Of a stretch of 64,000 bases of DNA, positions 10,164 to 20,161 are shown piece after piece. Origin of the DNA: Thermoprotei archaeon. GTDB taxonomy: Archaea > Thermoproteota > Thermoprotei > Thermoproteales > B15-G16. The stretch's first letter is position 1. Every line of letters starts with the position of its first letter. A program made the translations under genes and the position numbers. The notes under the pieces were generated by a model that had not been told where the DNA came from, did no database searches, and saw only the letters and a list, made by a program, of their open reading frames with translations. The stretch spans positions 1 through 64,000 of the forward strand of contig QMRC01000002.1 of NCBI GenBank assembly GCA_003649205.1, in the 5' to 3' direction.

Positions 10164-10565
10164 TCAGGAAATTACTTGAGCCGTAATCGCTATCTCACCT
10201 GCATTTGTCTTGAGTACTCCCTTGACTATAGAACCTGTGATCTCACCACTTAGGGATATCTCTAAGGTCTTAACCTCACCTGGCTTAATGATCTCATTGA
10301 TGGTACCTGAGACTCCTCCTACACCAACAAAGCCATATACCTCCAAATTAGCAGTACCTACGTTCTTGAGCGTTACATAGAGGACACCATTTATTACGAC
10401 AGGTGTGCCAAGGACCATAGCTAGTGGTTGTTTAGCTGTTACCTGAGCAACGTGATAGAAGAAGTAACCAGCTATCACAGTAGCTGCAATAGCTATCACA
10501 GTGATTAGAAGCATTGTCATGGGATACGATATACCTACACGATCAAAATACCTTACAATAACCAT
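10164..10565 (-). CDS. Archaeal type IV major pilin candidate
   Basis: DRVG/ISYPMTMLLITVIAIAATVIAG class III signal plus the crenarchaeal pilin-type LYVTLKNVG motif. Start placed at the internal ATG at 10565. Confidence 0.8.
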   Translation of the reverse strand: MVIVRYFDRVGISYPMTMLLITVIAIAATVIAGYFFYHVAQVTAKQPLAMVLGTPVVINGVLYVTLKNVGTANLEVYGFVGVGGVSGTINEIIKPGEVKTLEISLSGEITGSIVKGVLKTNAGEIAITAQVIS

Positions 10566-10777
10566 AAATATACACCAGAGAAAAAGCGTAAGCTCCAAGA
10601 TAAAATAATTAAGATAAGGTATCTCAGCACCGAATATCTATACCTATATGTAGCTCACTTCAATTCCTAGAGCTACGAGCTGTTTAACTACAACTTCAAT
10701 TCATAACTTACCGTGGTTTAGGTCTACATAACCTAGCTTAAAGTTAGTATCTGTACTTTGATAGTTACTGATGCTCG

Positions 10778-11317
10778 TTACTCACGTCCTAGAAGTACTT
10801 TCCTAAGTACAGTAAGTTCACTTCTCCTAAATCTAACGACGTACAGTGGATGGTAGTACTCGATAACTTTGATGCCTGCTAAGGGTACTTCACTTATTGA
10901 CTTAATTGCAACTTTGCCTAGAGCGACTACTCTCCTAGGTTTGAGGATAGATAGCTCTAGCTTCAGTACTTCAACGCACTTTCTCCTCATTTCCTCTAAC
11001 TTCGACTTAGATATTGGTCTACACTTTATGGCTGTACTCCAGAATATTCCTTGTCTCATGAGAAAGTCTATGACATTCTCCTCTGGTACCTCAAAGACCT
11101 TAGCTAGTACCCTTCTCAATCTATCTCCTTCACCTAGATTGTATATGTAGTTCTTCTTTCTACCAGGTGGTGGAGATTCGCTAATAACTAATGTCTTAAG
11201 AGGTTTAGGTACGTACCTCTCATATATCCTAAAGATAGAGGGCGGTTTATCAACTACTACACACTTCTTACAGTTCTTTATGTAGTCCTGGATTACCTTC
11301 GGTGAAGTCACTCTCAA
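10778..11317 (-). CDS. Uracil-DNA glycosylase superfamily protein
   Basis: Motifs VISESPP, AIKCRP, VVALGKVA and YYHP. Confidence 0.82.
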   Translation of the reverse strand: MRVTSPKVIQDYIKNCKKCVVVDKPPSIFRIYERYVPKPLKTLVISESPPPGRKKNYIYNLGEGDRLRRVLAKVFEVPEENVIDFLMRQGIFWSTAIKCRPISKSKLEEMRRKCVEVLKLELSILKPRRVVALGKVAIKSISEVPLAGIKVIEYYHPLYVVRFRRSELTVLRKVLLGRE

Positions 11318-11323
11318 TCAACT

Positions 11324-12748
11324 CTAGTTTATAAGGTTATGGACGGGTGACTCCCTTCTAGTTGCTAGCTGAGACCTATATATCGTGTAGTCTCCACTTA
11401 TGAGGTACGATAGTACGGTTGCTATCATTGCATGTGGTAGTAGGTTTAAGCTACCTGTCATCTCGAGCACCATAACCATTGTTGAGAGGGGGGTCTTAGC
11501 TACACCAGCGAAAAACGATGTCATACCGACTATCGTCATGAACTTCACCTCATCTATCGTCACTAGATCTGGATGAATATAGGATGCTATGAGACCTAGT
11601 GAGGAACCTACGAAACCTCCAATTACGAGACTTGGAGCAAATACACCACCACTACCACCAGACCCTACTGTGAGTGATGTAGCTAACATCTTCAACATCG
11701 CTAGTACCAGTAATGTGACTGCAGCAGGTACACCATACACCTCAAATACGTCGAAATCACACATGATAGCTCTCTGAAGCCAACCATAGCTAGTCTCTAA
11801 AATGTGTGGACATACTGAACCTATTACACCAGTTAACATCCCTCCAATAGCTGGCTTCAAGTAATTAGGTACCTTCATGTTGTCAAAGAACCTGCGGATA
11901 CTGTAGAAGGAAATTACGTATAGTCTACCCAATAGACCACAGATAACACCCAGTACCGCATAGAGAGGTAATGTACCTGGATTCACGTAACCTATGTGCA
12001 TACCGAAGATAGGTCTAGATGATGTGAACGATACATAGACACCATAACCAACGACACTAGCTATTAGAGCAGGGTACAGGACCTCAATCTCGAAGTCTCT
12101 CCTGTACAGTACCTCAGCACCGAAGAGAGCGCCACCTAGAGGTGCCTTAAATATAGCACCGATGCCAGCACCCATACCAACTGCAAGAGCAATCCTCCTA
12201 TCACGTTCACTCAACCTAAACAATGAAGCGACTATAGAGCCAATACCTGCACCTATCTGAGCTATAGGGCCCTGAGTACCAGCACTACCACCTGAACCAA
12301 TGGTTATAGCTGACGAGATTAGCTTTATCAACGGTACCCTAGCACGTATAAAGCCTCTGTAGTGAAATGCTGTTATCACTGCATCAGTACCTGCACCCCT
12401 AGTCTCGGGTGCCAGCTTAAAGACCAAGAGACCAGCTACTAAACCTCCTAGACAAGTTATGAGAGGTAGTGCCCAAGGTCTCAGGACTCTAGTACCCTTC
12501 TCAACCTCCATAAGTTCCTCAATAGCTACCTCACCTAATTCACCAAGTGGTTTAGGAACTACGTAACCAGCTAATGTACTTAGGAAGAAGTGCGTAGAGC
12601 ATTGAAGTAGTAGATGAAATACGTGAGCAAGTAATCCAACAGTAATCCCTATTACGCAACTAACAACCAACCACTTAGCTAAGTAATTGCTTAGGTAGCT
12701 ACTTGAGGTAAGTAACTTACCTGTTGAACGCCGCATCGCAATGCCCAC
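11324..12748 (-). CDS. ClC-family chloride channel/transporter
   Basis: Motifs GAGTD, GSGGSAGTQGP, FKAPLGGALFGAEV and GGVFAPSL. Confidence 0.93.
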   Translation of the reverse strand: MGIAMRRSTGKLLTSSSYLSNYLAKWLVVSCVIGITVGLLAHVFHLLLQCSTHFFLSTLAGYVVPKPLGELGEVAIEELMEVEKGTRVLRPWALPLITCLGGLVAGLLVFKLAPETRGAGTDAVITAFHYRGFIRARVPLIKLISSAITIGSGGSAGTQGPIAQIGAGIGSIVASLFRLSERDRRIALAVGMGAGIGAIFKAPLGGALFGAEVLYRRDFEIEVLYPALIASVVGYGVYVSFTSSRPIFGMHIGYVNPGTLPLYAVLGVICGLLGRLYVISFYSIRRFFDNMKVPNYLKPAIGGMLTGVIGSVCPHILETSYGWLQRAIMCDFDVFEVYGVPAAVTLLVLAMLKMLATSLTVGSGGSGGVFAPSLVIGGFVGSSLGLIASYIHPDLVTIDEVKFMTIVGMTSFFAGVAKTPLSTMVMVLEMTGSLNLLPHAMIATVLSYLISGDYTIYRSQLATRRESPVHNLIN

Positions 12749-12949
12749 CTAAGTTTCTTCACTTACTCTCATCTGTGGCTATAGTGCACGATCTCTTAAT
12801 TTGGAAGCAGCATGTTTGGTACAGTATTCATGCTCTCAACTTTTGTCTATAATTTAGAAATTACTCCTTTCAAGTACGTACTTAGTCCTTGAATTGAGAT
12901 AGTAAGTGATTTAAGTGCTCTCAATTCCTCTGGTTGTGGTGGTGTCCTC

Positions 12950-13876
12950 GTGTCTGTTGAGCTTGCTAGACGTAACAAGTGGTTAATTGACTATCAAACA
13001 CCGACATCATACCACGCATACTGCATAAGGAATGTGATTTACAGTGGCGTAACTAAGTATCAGCAAATCGATGTTGTGGAACTATTTGACTTCGGTAAAG
13101 CGCTCATACTTGATGGTAAGATTCAGTCGACGCTATATGATGAGTACATTTACCATGAGTGTCTAGTTCATCCAGCGATGATAACTCATCCAAGACCTAG
13201 GAGAGTCTGTATTGTGGGTGGTGGTGAAGGTGCTACAGCTAGAGAGGTACTAAGGCATGGGTGTGTTGAGGAAGTTGTTATGATTGATATAGATGAAGGT
13301 GTTATCGAGGTAGCTAAGAAGTACCTTCCCGAGTGGCATCAGGGAGCATTCGACGATCCTAGATTAAAGTTGGTGATCGCTGATGGTAGGAAGTACCTCG
13401 AGGAAACAAATGAGAAATTCGATGTAGTGATAATGGATGTTACAGATCCTCTGGAGGGAGGTCCAGCAGCACTCCTCTACACAAAACAGTTCTACGAGAT
13501 AGTCAAGAGTAGGTTAACTGAGGATGGAATACTTGTTACTCAAGCAACCTCAACACACTTCAGTAGGTACACCTTCGTCACAATCTACAGGACCATAGCA
13601 GCAGTTTTCCCAATAGTCAAGGCATACTCCGTCTTCATCTGGTCATTTGATGCACCTTGGGGATTCGTCATAGGGAGCCTCAAGTACGATCCACTCAAGC
13701 TAACAGTGGATGATATTGAGAGGAGATTGAAGGAGAGAGGTGTACAGGGTCTGAGATTCTACAATCCAAGAATGCACTTTAAGCTATTTGAGCTACCAAC
13801 AGATGTTGAGGAAGCTCTAGAGAAGCTGGAGGTACAGGTAGCAACTGATGAGAGACCAGTATTCCTCCCAGCTTAA
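12950..13876 (+). CDS. speE: Polyamine aminopropyltransferase (spermidine synthase)
   Basis: Motifs LILDGKIQS, YHECLVHPAM, VGGGEGATAREV and DVTDP. Confidence 0.95.
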   Translation: MSVELARRNKWLIDYQTPTSYHAYCIRNVIYSGVTKYQQIDVVELFDFGKALILDGKIQSTLYDEYIYHECLVHPAMITHPRPRRVCIVGGGEGATAREVLRHGCVEEVVMIDIDEGVIEVAKKYLPEWHQGAFDDPRLKLVIADGRKYLEETNEKFDVVIMDVTDPLEGGPAALLYTKQFYEIVKSRLTEDGILVTQATSTHFSRYTFVTIYRTIAAVFPIVKAYSVFIWSFDAPWGFVIGSLKYDPLKLTVDDIERRLKERGVQGLRFYNPRMHFKLFELPTDVEEALEKLEVQVATDERPVFLPA

Positions 13877-14934
13877 CCCCTCAACTCTCTCAACAATTTC
13901 TCCTTACTAACACTATCCACGAGCAAAATCAGTGAGTCACCAGACTTAATGACCTCATCTAGCTTAGGATTCACAATGACTCCACAACCTCTCCTAATAC
14001 CTATCAACGTAGCATTGTACCTACTCTTCAACTCCATCAATAACTCACCACAGCTCTTACCTACAAACTTCTCTGAAGGTACCTCAATTACATCATTGCC
14101 ATAGATTGCTGTTGATACATCCTCAAAGAACATAGCTACACCTGGTTCGAACACGTAGCTAGCAAGTAACCTACCAATGAAGCTCTGAGATACAATAACG
14201 TAATTAGCTCCAGCTTGCTTCAGTAGTGCACAGTTCTCCTTCCTACTAACCTCAGCAATCACCACAGCTGACGTATTCAGCTTCCTCACAAGAAGCACAA
14301 CCATGGAATTCCTAGCATCATCACCAGTACAAACAATAACGTACCTAGCTCTTGAGACACCAGCTCTCTCAAGAACACTCAACTTAGTTGGATCACCAGA
14401 GACAAAGGCAAAATTATGTAGATCACGTAGTTCAGGAGGTACCTCACTCAACTCAGCAACCAAGACAATCTTCTCACTAGGATTATTAGCTCTAAGCTCA
14501 GTAATCAACTCCTGAACCGTCTCAGACCAACCAATAATAACAACGTGATCACTCCAATTAACTCTAACTAAACCTCTCAACCTATTCTCCTCAAAACTAG
14601 ATATGTAGGTAGTTGCAACACCAACAAAGAAGCTAAATACAGCAACACCAACAACAATCAACACCATACTCACTAACTTACCTAGGTATGTTCTAGGTGT
14701 GATATCGCCATAGCCAACAGTTGACGAAGTAACGAGAGCCCAGTAGAGAGAATTAAATACATCAACACCCTCAACAAAATGGAAGATAAGACCAAACACC
14801 AGAACAACGAGAAGCATAACCAGTAGTACCTTACCGATCATCTTACGAGTAACCTTAACCAAACCCTTCAAAATGAGTGAAATCAATCTAGATAGTAGAA
14901 CTACAACCACGATGAACGAATTGCTAACCCCCAC
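13873..14934 (-). CDS. MthK-like potassium channel with RCK domain
   Basis: TVGYGD selectivity filter, two TM helices, and TrkA-N/TrkA-C domains. Confidence 0.93.
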   Translation of the reverse strand: MGVSNSFIVVVVLLSRLISLILKGLVKVTRKMIGKVLLVMLLVVLVFGLIFHFVEGVDVFNSLYWALVTSSTVGYGDITPRTYLGKLVSMVLIVVGVAVFSFFVGVATTYISSFEENRLRGLVRVNWSDHVVIIGWSETVQELITELRANNPSEKIVLVAELSEVPPELRDLHNFAFVSGDPTKLSVLERAGVSRARYVIVCTGDDARNSMVVLLVRKLNTSAVVIAEVSRKENCALLKQAGANYVIVSQSFIGRLLASYVFEPGVAMFFEDVSTAIYGNDVIEVPSEKFVGKSCGELLMELKSRYNATLIGIRRGCGVIVNPKLDEVIKSGDSLILLVDSVSKEKLLRELRG

Positions 14935-15018
14935 TTTTAAGCTTTAACACTCGCAAGGAAGAACCCAGTAACACTAAATAACTCAAGTACATGAGTTATG
15001 GAACTGTGAGGAAGCTAC

Positions 15019-15951
15019 ATGATTAACTACGTACTACTGCTATCACTATGGATACTGAGGACAATACACGAAGTAGCTACATCAGTAGCTGAGCTAGCTA
15101 GGAACATCGATAGGGAAGTGATCCTCCTCATGAAGAGAATCCTCGTTAAACTACGGGAGCAGAGAGACATCGAGATAAAGCTGGAACTCAGAGACGAATC
15201 TACCTCTCTAGTTCACGACATAGTCCCATACCTATCCTTTAGACGAGTAGTTGGAGTACTCATACCAAAATCCCTCACAATAGACCTAACGACAATAGGT
15301 AGAGCATTTACTAACATCGAAGATACGGTAGTAGCTGTACTCGTGTACACATCCAACTTCTCAACGCTACTCAAGCACACAAAACCACTGAGAATCCTCA
15401 ATACAGCACTCATAGCATCCGCAATGACTAGAGCAGTAGTAGGTAATGAAGTACCACTACTGGTACTCGTACCTCTACTAAGGAGAGTTAATCCAAAGGC
15501 AAGAGTACGTAGAGTTAAATTCATCAAGAAATTGCTTAGGTTACTGGTACCTGACATTAGTGAACTCGAGCTAAACCTCCTAGATATGGACGTGACAGAG
15601 CTACTAGCGTACACCTATCTAAGGAAAAAGTACAGATTGGTCTACTACATGGAGGCACCGTACTACGACTTCCTGGTCAGTGATGACGTTGGTAGAGTCT
15701 ACGTGTATGAAGCTACTAGGAGGAGACCAGAGCTATGGAGTACACTAATTAGGAAGTTCATCATGTTGAAGAAAGTAGCTAGTCACGAACTTCGTCTGAC
15801 ATCCAAGAGCTACAGATTGCTACTAATTAGGAGAGGAGGACCTTACCTAGGGTACAAGGTCGTTGATACACCAATTAAGACCTTACTGCAACCAGCTTCA
15901 CCAAAGAACATGTACTACTTCTTCGAGAGGTACCTACCTCTACAGTATTAA
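15019..15951 (+). CDS. Hypothetical protein, possible C-terminal restriction-endonuclease-like fold
   Basis: Long ORF. YDFLVSDDVGRVYVYEAT resembles a PD-(D/E)xK core lacking the Lys. Confidence 0.6.
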   Translation: MINYVLLLSLWILRTIHEVATSVAELARNIDREVILLMKRILVKLREQRDIEIKLELRDESTSLVHDIVPYLSFRRVVGVLIPKSLTIDLTTIGRAFTNIEDTVVAVLVYTSNFSTLLKHTKPLRILNTALIASAMTRAVVGNEVPLLVLVPLLRRVNPKARVRRVKFIKKLLRLLVPDISELELNLLDMDVTELLAYTYLRKKYRLVYYMEAPYYDFLVSDDVGRVYVYEATRRRPELWSTLIRKFIMLKKVASHELRLTSKSYRLLLIRRGGPYLGYKVVDTPIKTLLQPASPKNMYYFFERYLPLQY

Positions 15952-15989
15952 AGGTCCGCAAGTGGTACGTAACGTGGAGGTCGTGTACC

Positions 15990-16742
15990 GTGATACCTAG
16001 GGTCAGAGTTCATGGTGTTGAGCTACCTAAGGTACTGGTCGGTACCTCTCCAATGATTGCAGCAGGTCAATTCAGTGATAGAGCTCATGACTACTATCTA
16101 AAGTTCGTTCTAAGCAAGGTAAATCGTGTAAAGTTCTTCAAGTACTGTCTTGAACGTGGTTTAACCGGTATTCAGCTGATAGCATATAGCTTCTTAGCTG
16201 AGTCACTATACGAAGCTATGAAAGATGTGGGTACTGAAACCATCATTGTTGGGACGTTAGTACCTGATGACCCAGATAGCTTCTCCTGGTTACTCAAACT
16301 AGGTGCAGACATCGTACTCCTACACGCAATCACTGTCGATACATCACCAGTAGAAACCCTAATGACATACCGAGACATGATTAAGGAACAGGGTATGGTA
16401 TTTGGAATAGCTACACATACACCACATAGAACACTCACCAAACTAATACGTCATCTAAGGGAACTAGATGTCGCTATCATCATGACACCACTCAACAGGT
16501 TAGGTACATTCCTAGACGCCCCCCTACCTCAGGTAGAGGCTCTATACAACAAGATATTCAGTGAATACCGCGTACCAATCATTGCAAAGAAAGCACTTGC
16601 AGCAGGTAAGCTAAGTCCAGAGACAGCACTTCCATACGTACTGAGTAAGAACTTCGTTGCATCTGTAGCTGTTGGGTTAGGTAGTGAACAGGAGGTAGAT
16701 AATCTAGTTGACTTCTGTCGAAGGTACTTCCACAGTACCTAA
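15990..16742 (+). CDS. Aldo/keto-reductase-like TIM-barrel protein
   Basis: Motifs IVLLHA, FGIATH and IIAKKALAAGKL, with VAVG near the C-terminus. Confidence 0.75.
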   Translation: MIPRVRVHGVELPKVLVGTSPMIAAGQFSDRAHDYYLKFVLSKVNRVKFFKYCLERGLTGIQLIAYSFLAESLYEAMKDVGTETIIVGTLVPDDPDSFSWLLKLGADIVLLHAITVDTSPVETLMTYRDMIKEQGMVFGIATHTPHRTLTKLIRHLRELDVAIIMTPLNRLGTFLDAPLPQVEALYNKIFSEYRVPIIAKKALAAGKLSPETALPYVLSKNFVASVAVGLGSEQEVDNLVDFCRRYFHST

Positions 16743-16786
16743 CGTAGTTGTGACCTTATTAGGAAGTACTTCTCTAAGGTAGTTAG

Positions 16787-16835
16787 GTGATGAAGTTTCT
16801 GGTCACTGAATAGTGAAGAGAGGGCCCTTGACTGA
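16787..16835 (+). ncRNA. C/D box sRNA
   Basis: GTGATGA-agtttctggtca-CTGA-ata-GTGAAGA-gagggcccttga-CTGA with canonical 12-nt guides, intergenic. Confidence 0.9.
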
Positions 16836-16851
16836 TTAGAGGAACGTACTG

Positions 16852-17157
16852 GTGTTCACTATGCCGAGAGTAGGTAACGTACTCATATCGTACTGTGGTA
16901 TTGTCTGTGAGTACTGTCCAGCATATAGACTAGGTAAGTGTCCAGGATGCGATGCACATGCTGAGTACTGTGAATTTATTAAATGTACAAAGCGGAGAGG
17001 GGTAGACAACTGCCTACTATGTAGTGAATTCCCCTGTAAACTCCATATAGAGGGATTTAATTGGGTAACAGAGGAATTTGGTGAATTGAAATGGAAGGTA
17101 TATAGTGAAATTTTCCTCCAAATCATGAAGAAGATAGTGAGTAAAGAACAACATTAG
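16852..17157 (+). CDS. DUF3795-like Cys-rich protein
   Basis: CGIVCEYC, CPGC, CEFIKC and NCLLCSEFPC pattern. Confidence 0.8.
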   Translation: MFTMPRVGNVLISYCGIVCEYCPAYRLGKCPGCDAHAEYCEFIKCTKRRGVDNCLLCSEFPCKLHIEGFNWVTEEFGELKWKVYSEIFLQIMKKIVSKEQH

Positions 17158-17399
17158 GAGTTGAATAACATTAACAAGACTAACGAGAAATCTTTACCTA
17201 CCCTCAGCAGAGTTCACATACCCTACACAGATTACTACTACACTAATCTTCACAACACTACCATTAACATTACTAGTGACCTAGCATCTCTAGTGTATGA
17301 GACAAACAATTGAAACCACCATGATGAACTGAAAGAATTACAACAATACTCATACCCCCTCACCCTAATTAAGTAGCTTTGAAGAACCACTGAGTAGTT

Positions 17400-17726
17400 A
17401 TGATCTACACTACGGAGAATTCGAGAAGGACAATGGAACTAACAAAGCTAGAGATAAAGATATTGGATATGCTAGCTAAGTACGGCAAACCACTCAGTAT
17501 CAACGTTCTAACCAAGAAGCTAGGTATTAAGGAGAGCATGGTGAAGAAAGCACTTAAGCAACTTGAGAAGAAAGATCTTATTGAGCGCATTCCTTGGCAT
17601 TATATCAGATCTAGAACAGGCAAGATAATAGCTAAAGTACCTAATCGATGGAGAATAAAGGATAGAGGCCTAGAAGTGCTGAGGAACTACGTGAACAACC
17701 AAACCATAAGCGATCAAGATAACTAA
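17400..17726 (+). CDS. Winged-helix DNA-binding protein (MarR/TrmB-like)
   Basis: LTKLEIKILDMLAK...LTKKLGIKESMVKKALKQLEKKDLI. The start may be at MELTK. Confidence 0.8.
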   Translation: MIYTTENSRRTMELTKLEIKILDMLAKYGKPLSINVLTKKLGIKESMVKKALKQLEKKDLIERIPWHYIRSRTGKIIAKVPNRWRIKDRGLEVLRNYVNNQTISDQDN

Positions 17727-17780
17727 CTCCCAACAGACGACATAACATGACGCACAAGATAAAAGTACAGGAGGTAGGTC

Positions 17781-18809
17781 ATGAGAACTAAGGCTATTCT
17801 CTACGTACTTACAGCACTAATTACTACAGTAGCTGTAGCACTACTACTCGTAACTCAACAAAGTACAGAACCCAGAACCCCTAAACCCATGAACCTAACC
17901 ACTCAAGATAATAAAACAATTCTAATCTCCAAAGTGAAAATACATGAGGAGAGGACTAAGGAGAGAAGACAGGTAGAGGAAATAGCGAAGAAGAGACCAA
18001 TTGCTTGTTACTATCTGATGAATATCGACCTGAAGAAGTTAAAGGGTAGAACCTTCGAGGTGATGATCATTGAGTTTGAAGAAGGATTAGGTGAGAGTGG
18101 TGTAGAGTACTTAAAGCATCACTGTAGACTACTCCTAGCATACATCAACTTCGGGTATGCTGAAGATTGGAGAGATTACTGGTCTAAAATCAGGAACGCT
18201 ACATGGATTCACGAACCTACAGAGTATGAAGGTGAGTACTTCATTGAGTACTGGAGACCTGAGTGGCACAACATAGTCATTGAGAAAGCAGTAAGAGCAC
18301 ATGAACTCGGGTTCGATGGAGTACTACTAGATAACGTAGATGCGTGTGTAGTCCTGAAGGGAAGAAATCAATCATGGATACAGGGACTCAACCTAACACA
18401 GCTCATGATAGACTCCATACACTCCATATCGTCCAGGTTAAGGAAGTTGTGTGGAAGAAGCTTCAAGATATTCGTGAACATAGGCTCAGCAGTGAAGCTA
18501 CTAGGTAACGAGAAGTTCCTCAATGCAATTGATGGTGTATTGAGGGAAGAAGTCTGGTACACAACAAGTAACAACAGAACAGTCACCGTACCACCTGAAG
18601 AAACTGAGTACGTCCTCAAGTACCTAATTCACGCGAGGAATAGAGGTAAGGTAGTTATCGTCGCTGACTTCGTCGATAGCATTGAGAGAGCTAGAGAATT
18701 CATGGATAGATGCTGGAGACTAGGATTCATACCCATTCCACAACCAGTATGGGCAAACGACTACAGTGAACCACCACCAAGAGAGTGGTGTGACCTAGAT
18801 CCAAGCTGA
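17781..18809 (+). CDS. Membrane-anchored GH114/TM1410-like endo-alpha-1,4-polygalactosaminidase family protein
   Basis: AYINFGYAEDWRDYW, GFDGVLLDNVD, IDGVLREE and an N-terminal TM helix. GGAGGT RBS. Confidence 0.85.
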   Translation: MRTKAILYVLTALITTVAVALLLVTQQSTEPRTPKPMNLTTQDNKTILISKVKIHEERTKERRQVEEIAKKRPIACYYLMNIDLKKLKGRTFEVMIIEFEEGLGESGVEYLKHHCRLLLAYINFGYAEDWRDYWSKIRNATWIHEPTEYEGEYFIEYWRPEWHNIVIEKAVRAHELGFDGVLLDNVDACVVLKGRNQSWIQGLNLTQLMIDSIHSISSRLRKLCGRSFKIFVNIGSAVKLLGNEKFLNAIDGVLREEVWYTTSNNRTVTVPPEETEYVLKYLIHARNRGKVVIVADFVDSIERAREFMDRCWRLGFIPIPQPVWANDYSEPPPREWCDLDPS

Positions 18810-18952
18810 GTGAGGTTTTAAGAGACTACAGGAACAAAGTACTTCAGGTGATGAAGTGAGGAAGTTAGGTAGACTAATACCACTGTACCTATGGTACATG
18901 AGGTACATCAGGAAGAGATTCGGTAGATTCATACCAATGAGGTTAGTTAAGT

Positions 18953-19373
18953 ATGGTAGTGAGGGTAAGAGTAAGGATTCAGTACAGAGATAACATTGTC
19001 GAGACGTCAGCAGTAGCTAATTCAGGATATGAAACAGATGTACCGGAGATCCACATACCACTAGCACTCGCAAGGAGACTTGGACTAACACTAACCGAAC
19101 TACGAGGTGAAAACTATAGAGTAATCGGCGGCATAACCTCCGCCTACATCCTGGGTCAAGTACTGGTTCAGGTAGTAACATGATAGATCAAGTAATTGGG
19201 TAGAAGCAAGAGCAATAGCTGTACCAGGCGAATACGAAGTAATTCTAAGTGATAAACTCCTGGATGCACTTGGCATCGAGATAGTGAGAGCAGGAGTAGG
19301 CTACTGGAGATTCTCTGGAGAACCAATAGACCGCATAAGAGAAAGTGCACAAGCACAGTTCTGGATCGAGTAA
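18953..19373 (+). pseudogene. Frameshifted clan-AA aspartyl-protease-like crenarchaeal family gene
   Basis: The N-half (ANSGYETDVPEIHIP) stops at 19183. The C-half continues in a shifted frame (DRSSNWVEARAIAVPGEYEVILSDKLLDALGIEIV...FWIE*) to TAA at 19373. Confidence 0.75.
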
Positions 19374-19445
19374 CGTGGATTCCAAATAGAGGAAAACGCC
19401 TTACGTAATACATTTAATCGAGATTCGCCTAGGTAGAGAACGAGC

Positions 19446-19985
19446 ATGGAGGAAGTAGTAATCTACGTAGTAGGCTTCTCACTAACAATAATAGGACTGC
19501 TATGTAGCTCAATGTACTGGTTAGGAAGGAAATTCAAGGAAATAGATGTTAGATTCGAGAAGCTGGAGGAAAGAATCGGTAACCTAGAGAGTAGAATTGA
19601 GGGAGTAGAACGAAAGTTTGTTAAAGCTATTGAAGCTCTGAAAGGAGCTACATTAGCAATACACACAGGACTAATAGAGTTTCTCGGCCTTAAAGGTGTT
19701 ATCGAGAGAAAGGAAGTAGAGTACCTAATGTCAGAAGCACATAGAGTAATGGCACTTGTGAGATTGAACCCAATAACGAAGGAGGAACTTGAGTTCGTAC
19801 TGAAGGTACTCAGTAAACGTGATCCAGATAAGGTAACTATGGAGGAAGCTGAGAAGCTAATAGAGATAGGTAAGAGATGGTGGATGGAGGATGGTCGTGA
19901 GGAAGCGTACAGGCTATTCATGACAGGACTCTACATAAAGGCATACCTGATATCGAAAAGAGTGAAACAAGAACAAGCCAAGTAA
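19446..19985 (+). CDS. N-terminal TM plus coiled-coil protein of a crenarchaeal paralogous family
   Basis: TM helix, then YWLGRKFKEIDVRFEKLEERI heptads and a helical C-terminal domain. Confidence 0.75.
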   Translation: MEEVVIYVVGFSLTIIGLLCSSMYWLGRKFKEIDVRFEKLEERIGNLESRIEGVERKFVKAIEALKGATLAIHTGLIEFLGLKGVIERKEVEYLMSEAHRVMALVRLNPITKEELEFVLKVLSKRDPDKVTMEEAEKLIEIGKRWWMEDGREEAYRLFMTGLYIKAYLISKRVKQEQAK

Positions 19986-20161
19986 ATTCACACTAAAGAG
20001 CTAAGTCTTCAACTCCTAAGTATACTGAATATATAGCTTGAAGAACGCTATGTCATCCCAAGACCAAACACCTCACACACCCTAACAACATGAAAGCCTA
20101 ACCCACATACGCAACGGCACACCCAAATACTTTTATCTACGCAGCACCACAGTAACCACTC

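Noticed and set aside
18848-18915. C/D sRNA starting GTGATGA (likewise isolated ATGATGA near 17321 and 24295)
   Set aside because: No D'/C'/D boxes at the expected spacing.
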